Shown one piece after another: positions 39,452-45,392 of a stretch of 45,392 nucleotides of DNA (position 1 is its first letter; every line of letters begins with the position of its first letter). The translations under genes and the position numbers were made by a program. Location of the stretch: positions 1-45,392 of the forward strand of contig CBDUKN010000020.1 of assembly GCA_965367815.1 (NCBI GenBank), written 5' to 3'. The stretch comes from an uncultured Thermoprotei archaeon (lineage in GTDB: Archaea; Thermoproteota; Thermoprotei; Thermofilales; B15-G2). The notes beneath the pieces are model-generated. The model was not told where the DNA came from. It saw only the letters and a program-made list of their open reading frames with translations, and ran no database searches.

Positions 39452-39877
39452 CTACTTTTCTTCTTCCTCTTCTTTAGGGCTCTCATCCCATGTTAAAATA
39501 CTATGCGTATACTCATCGTTGTCCTTTATTCCTCTCTCTATTTCAGTTATGTGCGCGTGCTCTGCTCCAATTTCCTTGAGAATATACTCTAGTGTTTTCT
39601 CTGGCTCGGATTTAGTCCCACAAATATAGACGTCTATGGCCGCATAGCCTTCCTCGGGCCAAGTATGTATTGAGACATGCGACCCTGATACTACAACCAT
39701 TCCGCTTACACCGGTAGGTGAAAACTTGTAGAAGTGCACTATCCGTATATCCATTTTACCTATTTTAGCTGCTTTAAGCAGTATCTCCTTAAGTTTAGCT
39801 GGGTCTCCAAGAACCTTGGAGTCGCATCCCGAAGCCTCAACTATGTAGTGGTAACCTATTGTACCTACTTTACTCAT
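39452..39877 (-). CDS. speD: Pyruvoyl-dependent S-adenosylmethionine decarboxylase proenzyme family protein
   Basis: GYHYIVEASGC, FSPTGVSG, SHVSIHTWPEEGYAAIDVYICG; cleavage site reads G-SH rather than E-SH. Confidence 0.85.
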   Translation of the reverse strand: MSKVGTIGYHYIVEASGCDSKVLGDPAKLKEILLKAAKIGKMDIRIVHFYKFSPTGVSGMVVVSGSHVSIHTWPEEGYAAIDVYICGTKSEPEKTLEYILKEIGAEHAHITEIERGIKDNDEYTHSILTWDESPKEEEEEK

Positions 39878-39932
39878 AGACTAATATTAGCAGGCCCCGA
39901 GATATTTATTTCCGCCAACATAAGTCTTCAGA

Positions 39933-39967
39933 AAAGTAAGATTTAAGTAAGACAAATATCTTACTTT
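39933..39967. promoter_or_regulatory. Putative operator of the AbrB-PIN pair
   Basis: AAGTAAGA 39945-52 - N6 - TCTTACTT 39959-66, with an extra AAAGTAAGAT half-site at 39933-42, just before ATG 39975. Confidence 0.6.
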
Positions 39968-39974
39968 ACTTAGC

Positions 39975-40229
39975 ATGTGGGAAACAAGGCTTTCAAGTAA
40001 AGGTCAAGTAGTAATTCCCGCTGAAGTCAGATTAAAGCTTGGATTAAAAAAGGGAGATGTTTTCTTAGTCAAAATAGAGGATAAGAAGATTATTCTTGAG
40101 CCGCTGACTCAGCCTCCTGAAGAAATATTCGTTGAAGCAGGCTCTGAACTAACAGACAAAATTCTACGCGAAGCTAAAGCGAGCTCAGATAAAGCAGAAA
40201 AACTATTGAGGGACCTCGGTGTCGAGTAA
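39975..40229 (+). CDS. AbrB/MazE/SpoVT family antitoxin
   Basis: TRLSSKGQVVIPAEVRLKLGLKKGD. Confidence 0.9.
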   Translation: MWETRLSSKGQVVIPAEVRLKLGLKKGDVFLVKIEDKKIILEPLTQPPEEIFVEAGSELTDKILREAKASSDKAEKLLRDLGVE

Positions 40230-40674
40230 AGTTGCACTAGATACTAGCGTAATAGTAGAGTACATAGATAAGAGAGGAGAACTACACAAGCAAGCCGAGC
40301 TAGTAATCAGTGCTATTAATTCAGGCAAGTTAACGGCCATAGTACCGCACGTAGTTTTAGCTGAAGTATTTTACGTGGCGAGCAGAATCTACAGTAAACT
40401 TGGATTTAAAGACCCTCTCGATAAAGCAGAAAAACTAGTTAAGTGGCTTAATTATCACCCTTACGTAGAGACAATAAGTGGTCTTACTTTAGATATCGAG
40501 GCAGGGAAAATTAAGTACAGCTATAGAATAGCTTTAACAGACTGCTACGTACTAGCAGCCTCAAAAATATACAATGCTACAGCAGTATTTAAGAAAAGAG
40601 AAAAAGAAATACTACCATTAGAAAACAAGCTAAAAAGAAGCTATAGAATAATTTTCCTAGAAGACTATAAATGA
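40219..40674 (+). CDS. vapC: PIN-domain toxin (VapC family)
   Basis: VALDTSVIVEY, VLAEVFYV, IALTDCYVLA. Confidence 0.88.
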   Translation: MSSKVALDTSVIVEYIDKRGELHKQAELVISAINSGKLTAIVPHVVLAEVFYVASRIYSKLGFKDPLDKAEKLVKWLNYHPYVETISGLTLDIEAGKIKYSYRIALTDCYVLAASKIYNATAVFKKREKEILPLENKLKRSYRIIFLEDYK

Positions 40675-40713
40675 AACTCATATATTTGCTCAAACAGACC
40701 ATAGTAAGAGAAA

Positions 40714-41583
40714 GTGAGTATTAGCGAAAACCTTTACGTAATATTCACTATGGACTGTGAGCGAATAAGAAAGTATTCCCCTCCAGGAGGACCTGAAACA
40801 TGGGAACTCAGCGAAAAAGCCATTAAAGGATACACAAAAATACTCGCAGACCACGGATACACTGGAACACTATTCATAGTTCCAAATACAGCTGAATATC
40901 ATAGAGAACTATTTCTCGAAATAAAAGACCAGGGATTTGAATTAGGCATGCATTATCATCCGCAAAGCTTTCTCGACGGAAGGTACACGAGATACTTAGG
41001 AGAGTACTCTTATGAAGAACAACTAGAGCAGTTAAGCTTAGCCGTCGAGTACTGGAGCAGAGCACTTGGATTCAAGCCAGAAAGCTTTAGGCCAGGAAAC
41101 TTTTCAGCAAACAAATACACTTACTCCGTTTTAGTGAAACTAGGATTCAGGCAGGGAAGCGACTATCTTCCAAATAGGAATATTCCAGAATATCACGCAG
41201 TATGGGTTAACGCTATTCCTTATCCTCATCACGTGAAGGAGGGAGACTACTTAGAGATACCTGCTACAGCTGCTGTATGGGAGCCGATTAAAGTAGGTGA
41301 TCCAACACATTTGAGAATAGAAGGTTATTCTGGAGAAAAACTCTGCGACCTAGTAGGTAGGTGGGTGAGATATCTTGTTGAGAAAAATATTATGCTGAAG
41401 ACTATAGTAGTGTTTACACATAACTTTATAGATTATTCAAATCCATTTAATAAGCATAGAAGAAGACTAGAGAAGCTAGTTGGGTATTTAGAGAAAACAG
41501 CGTGTGAGAATAATTTAAGTATAGCGCCAGTCACTCTTAGAGAGCTACATAAGGTAGTAGACGAGCGGATAACTGGAGTCTGA
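40714..41583 (+). CDS. Polysaccharide deacetylase family protein
   Basis: FTMDCE, TGTLFI, ELGMHYHP, SFRPGNF. Confidence 0.82.
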   Translation: MSISENLYVIFTMDCERIRKYSPPGGPETWELSEKAIKGYTKILADHGYTGTLFIVPNTAEYHRELFLEIKDQGFELGMHYHPQSFLDGRYTRYLGEYSYEEQLEQLSLAVEYWSRALGFKPESFRPGNFSANKYTYSVLVKLGFRQGSDYLPNRNIPEYHAVWVNAIPYPHHVKEGDYLEIPATAAVWEPIKVGDPTHLRIEGYSGEKLCDLVGRWVRYLVEKNIMLKTIVVFTHNFIDYSNPFNKHRRRLEKLVGYLEKTACENNLSIAPVTLRELHKVVDERITGV

Positions 41584-41619
41584 CATAACACAATTATACC
41601 TCTTTTTCGAGTTTTATGT

Positions 41620-43782
41620 GTGTCTGAAGCATGGTTATGTTTAATTGGGGGTAGTAGGAATGACTGTATTTATGATGTTTTGAGCCTTGGCGATAGAGTA
41701 TATTTCTGTGGCACTACTACTAGTTTTGACGATAAGAAGAGAGGGGTTGTGGGCTGTTTGAAGAGAAGTAGGCTTGAGTGGTGTAGAGTGCTTAAGGGAT
41801 CTGATGCTGTTTATAAAATGTGCTCTGCTGACGGACTGGCAGTCTGCGGGAACTTCGCGGGGTTTATTGAGTTTAGTAGTGGCAGATTTAAGTGGCTTAA
41901 GGGTAGTGAGCAGCGGTTGTATGGTATCTGTTTTAGTGGAAGTAGTGTTGCTGTATGTGGTGAAAACGGTTCTTTCGTAAAGATTTCAGGGAGCCATTTA
42001 TACGAGAAGCACTTAGTTGTTAGAGATAAGCGTGGAAAACAGCATGGTCCTTTGTTAAGAGATATGTGTTGTCTAAGAAGAGGCTATGTAGTGGCTGGAA
42101 GTGACTCCTTTTTAGTCTCCAAAGACAGCGACTTAGACTGCTGTCTGTGTTTTATTGGGGAAAGAAGAGAGCTTGGGTGGTGTATTGACTTTGGTAGTAG
42201 TGAGCGCGACGAAGTTCTTGGAGTGTGCTGTGATGGTGAGAATGTTTATGTCTGTGGTTATACTGAGGGAGCTGGTTTTGAGTGGAAAGATATCATAGTA
42301 GCCTGCTTTAGTGGAAAAGGAGAGCTTAAGTGGTGTAGAGTGTATGGTACTGAGAGAAACGATGTAGCCAATGATATCACTGTCTGTGGAGACTACTTAG
42401 TTGTCGTCGGGTATACTTGGGGTGGAGGTCTAGGTGCTCGAGACGGCTTTATCTTAACACTTAGTAAAGAAAATGGTGAAGTCACGGAGGGCCGTGTTGT
42501 AGGCTATAGTAGACAAGAGTTTAGCTTTAATTCTGTAGAACTGCTAGAGGACAGCTTAGTGATCGGCGGGTGGAGTACTGTAGGCTATGGTGGCTCAACT
42601 GGTATAGTCTGCTACTTGCCGAGAAACTATGTAGGTAGAATTAGTATTGCTGATAGAAACATTGATGTAGGTGAATGGGTTCCTGAGGCCAGGGATTGGA
42701 GTCCCTCTGTTTCGCAGATAAGTGTAGGTTTCGCGTGTGAGAAAATCTTGGATACTCGTAGTGTCTCTAGTCTCTACTGGTCTCCTGAAATAACATGTAG
42801 TGGGAAAAGTCTACTGACTCAGTATCTTGAGGTATATGAGAGAAAAGAAGCCTTAGTGCTGCCGAGAGATACTGTAGACTATAGTGATTTACTGCATATT
42901 CCTCTGAGTGTAGAAAAGAGACCTGCTGTTCGGGGAGAAGTATATGTGGCTGAAGTAAGTTTGAGGAAGAACTCGGGGAGTTGGAGCTGTATTAAGCTCG
43001 GGTGCGGGGGCTGGGGCTGTGCCTACTTAGCCTCCCGTAATGGTAGTAGAGTCGTCTTTAAGGTGCCTCGAGGCTATGAAGATATTATTGAAAAGAAAGT
43101 AAGACCAACTGTTAGCCGTAATCTAATGGAGAGAATTATAAGAGAAGCTGAGACTATAGAGAAGCTCGATCACCCGAATATCTTAAAGCTACTAGACTAC
43201 AGTGAAGACTACCCCCTGCTCGTATACGAGTTTGCCGACTACGGTAGTCTCTGGTTCCAGCTCAGTTCTGGCTGGAAACCTTCATTGAGAGACGTTGTTT
43301 TAATTGGTATTCAAATAGGTGATGCCTTAAGATACATTCATAGTCGAGGACTAGTACACTGTGATATTAAGCCATCAAACATATTCCTAGTAAACAAAAC
43401 AGCCAAGTTAGGAGACTTCTCGGCGCTAGTAAGACTACTTTCTAGAACAAGCAGGTATAGTAGGTTTGCTTATACGCCTGGTTTTGCTGCACCTGAGCAG
43501 AAGTACTTAGATTTGCGTGAAAAAGTAGTTAAGCTTGGCTACGAGAACCGTATAGATGTTTATCAGCTGGGAAACCTCCTCCTATATCTGCTTACAGGAG
43601 AGTCAGTAGACGGAGAAGATGTTTTCGACGAAAAACTAGTCAAAGAGACAACAGGTATTGTTGAAGACGATGACCTAAGAAAACTTATTCTCAGCACTCT
43701 AAGTAAGTGTGCTTGGAGGAGACCTACAGCAGACGAAGTAGTGAGATACCTCGCAAACATCTATAGGGAACGCTTTCAATAA
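41620..43782 (+). CDS. Hanks-type Ser/Thr protein kinase with Cys-rich N-terminal beta-propeller
   Basis: LGCGGWGCAY, VVFKVP, HCDIKPSN, KLGDFS, FAAPEQ, DVYQLG; N-terminal repeats such as WCRVYGTERNDVANDI and VYVCGYT. Confidence 0.9.
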   Translation: MSEAWLCLIGGSRNDCIYDVLSLGDRVYFCGTTTSFDDKKRGVVGCLKRSRLEWCRVLKGSDAVYKMCSADGLAVCGNFAGFIEFSSGRFKWLKGSEQRLYGICFSGSSVAVCGENGSFVKISGSHLYEKHLVVRDKRGKQHGPLLRDMCCLRRGYVVAGSDSFLVSKDSDLDCCLCFIGERRELGWCIDFGSSERDEVLGVCCDGENVYVCGYTEGAGFEWKDIIVACFSGKGELKWCRVYGTERNDVANDITVCGDYLVVVGYTWGGGLGARDGFILTLSKENGEVTEGRVVGYSRQEFSFNSVELLEDSLVIGGWSTVGYGGSTGIVCYLPRNYVGRISIADRNIDVGEWVPEARDWSPSVSQISVGFACEKILDTRSVSSLYWSPEITCSGKSLLTQYLEVYERKEALVLPRDTVDYSDLLHIPLSVEKRPAVRGEVYVAEVSLRKNSGSWSCIKLGCGGWGCAYLASRNGSRVVFKVPRGYEDIIEKKVRPTVSRNLMERIIREAETIEKLDHPNILKLLDYSEDYPLLVYEFADYGSLWFQLSSGWKPSLRDVVLIGIQIGDALRYIHSRGLVHCDIKPSNIFLVNKTAKLGDFSALVRLLSRTSRYSRFAYTPGFAAPEQKYLDLREKVVKLGYENRIDVYQLGNLLLYLLTGESVDGEDVFDEKLVKETTGIVEDDDLRKLILSTLSKCAWRRPTADEVVRYLANIYRERFQ

Positions 43783-43921
43783 ATGGGCGACATCTATAAA
43801 GAAATTACCCCGAGTAAAGTTTTACGAGTGTTCTTCTATTCTTTAATTTAAGGATAACATGAGAGAAATAGTTTAGAAAACTTTGATCGGAGCGGTCTCT
43901 TCTAGAATATTGGTTTAGATA

Positions 43922-44554
43922 GGGGGAGAGCTAGCTGTCAGAGCACTTAAGGATGTTGACTTAGAGATTTCTGAGGGAGAGTTTTGTGTATCATGGGTCC
44001 TTCCGGAAGCGGCAAAACCACTTTACTTAATATCATTGCGGTGCTCGATAAGCCTACTTCAGGTGAAGTAGAAGTATATGGCGTTAAATTAGCGGAACTC
44101 TCTGAAGAAAAAGTAGCTAGATTTAGGCTAAAAACATCGGCGTAGTCTTTCAGTTCCATAATCTTCTACCTGATTTAACTGCGCTAGACAATGTAGCTTT
44201 ACCGGCTATAATAGCCACAGGAGATGTTGAGGAGAGCAGAAAAAGGCTTTAGAGCTTTTAGAGTGGCTGGGCTTGAGACACAGAGCTTTCCATAAACCTT
44301 TTCAGCTAAGTGGCGGTGAGAGACAGCGTGTAGCTGTAGCTAGAGCAATAGTCAATAGCCCAAAGCTCCTCCTATGCGATGAGCCTACTGGAAGCCTTGA
44401 CTACGAGTCTAAGCTAAAGGTTCTCGAATTGCTCAGAAGAATTAACTTAGAGAAAAGAACTACTGTAATAGTAGCTACTCACGACGAGTTAATAGCAAAG
44501 TACTCTACTAGAGTACTAAGACTAGTTGACGGGCGAATAGTAGAGTCTATTTAG
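43922..44554 (+). pseudogene. ABC transporter ATP-binding protein with at least three frameshifts
   Basis: ALKDVDLEISEGE / IMGPSGSGKTTLLNII / [11 protein letters not shown] / LSGGERQRVAVARA...DEPTGSLD in shifting frames; shifts near 43985 and at A5 runs 44130-34 and 44240-44; start approximate. Confidence 0.85.
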
Positions 44555-45230
44555 CTAGTTCTTGAAATATTTTCCCTGCTCTTTCTTCTAGCTCAGCTAT
44601 CTCGAGCACTATTCTCGAGGCTTCTTCCAGATTCTTTTCATCTATTTTCTTCAGCGCAGTAGAGTAGAGGCTAGAAGCCTCCTCCATAAGCTCTGAGAAA
44701 ACTTCTCCCTGCTCTTCTTCAATAAATTCTCTTAGAAACACAGAGTTTCTCCTCCTAGAGTCTACTGCGTGACATAGCCAGGACTTGATTACGTTAGACT
44801 CAAGCATCTTTTTCTTACTCGCTACTTCTCTCAAGGCCTTAGCTCCTAAGTAGACCCATCCTCCGTACACATTTCCGATGAGTAGCTCACCGAGTCTCTT
44901 GTAAACAGGCTTATAGTTTCTAAGTACACCTTCTCTGCGCTTATCGAGAACATGTAAGTGGTATTTCCACGGCATCATCATTTGCTTGTACCCACGTGTA
45001 AGTTCATCCTACGCGAAGTTTATGTACCCTAAATTAATCCATTTTTCTCCATAATAGTGACACGCCATTTGCGGCGCTGATGCAAAAAAGTAAGACTCTT
45101 TATAATATATCCGTGGGGCATCCTCTATGAAATATTCTTTCTTAGAAATAGTAGGTAGTTTTGGAAGTTTCTCCGACCTGTAGGCCTCTCTCATATATTT
45201 TCTTAAAAAAATTCTGCTATAAGGACACAA
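44547..45230 (-). pseudogene. Interrupted hypothetical gene (two in-frame ORFs)
   Basis: 45009..45230 and 44547..44981 share a frame, separated by a single TAG (INFA*DELTRGYKQMMM). Confidence 0.5.
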
Positions 45231-45316
45231 TACGTTAAATATTACGAGTAATGTAAGCTTAATTTAGCATTAAAGTAAATCAATGCTCTACAATAAATAT
45301 TGCTCGATATAAGAAT

Positions 45317-45392
45317 CTGTCTCTTATACAAATCTCCGAGCCCACGAGACCTCTCTACATCTCGTATGCCGTCTTCTGCTTGAAAAAAAAAA
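45317..45392 (+). other. Untrimmed Illumina Nextera adapter read-through (artefact)
   Basis: CTGTCTCTTATACA(A)ATCTCCGAGCCCACGAGAC + 8-nt index CTCTCTAC (45351-58) + ATCTCGTATGCCGTCTTCTGCTTG + poly-A. Confidence 0.98.

Noticed and set aside
922-44159. Numerous short ORFs overlapping real genes (e.g. 922-1110, 9575-9949, 11896-12312, 14620-14946, 22692-22982, 26726-26977, 37010-37282, 43947-44159)
   Set aside because: Antisense or alternate-frame shadows of well-supported genes or pseudogenes
45009-45011. Pyrrolysine or alternative-code readthrough
   Set aside because: TAG is the normal stop of many intact genes here, and no pyl genes are in the window
45317-45335. Tn5/IS50 mosaic end as a transposon terminus
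   Set aside because: It is followed by an index and P7 sequence, so it is a library adapter

Overview
AT-rich archaeal contig end, probably a Thermoproteota (Thermofilum-like) metagenome contig. The taxonomy is inferred from the paREP-type coiled-coil protein, archaeal ATPases, BRE/TATA promoters about 30 nt upstream of start codons, and GTG/TTG starts. It is an accessory region with three VapBC-type toxin-antitoxin pairs, carbohydrate and salvage enzymes (GH38 alpha-mannosidase, GalT, DegT-type aminotransferase, polysaccharide deacetylase, AlkP-superfamily enzyme, TenA, SpeD), two FtsX/MacB-type ABC permease loci, a CDF-NifB/NifX fusion, a TPR protein, an HD hydrolase, a Cys-rich beta-propeller Ser/Thr kinase and about ten broken genes or gene fragments. 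The most notable unexplained element is a ~356-nt non-coding segment (21528-21883, + strand) with nested long-range helices and a possible pseudoknot, i.e. a candidate large structured ncRNA that I cannot assign to a family. Also notable are an ABC exporter / coiled-coil stalk / RHH-regulator operon with a duplicated 24-bp promoter-operator, and an unnamed domain shared by two regulators with different DNA-binding heads. I found no rRNA, tRNA, CRISPR array, transposase or integrase. The last 76 nt are untrimmed Illumina Nextera adapter. All calls are by eye, with no database searches.
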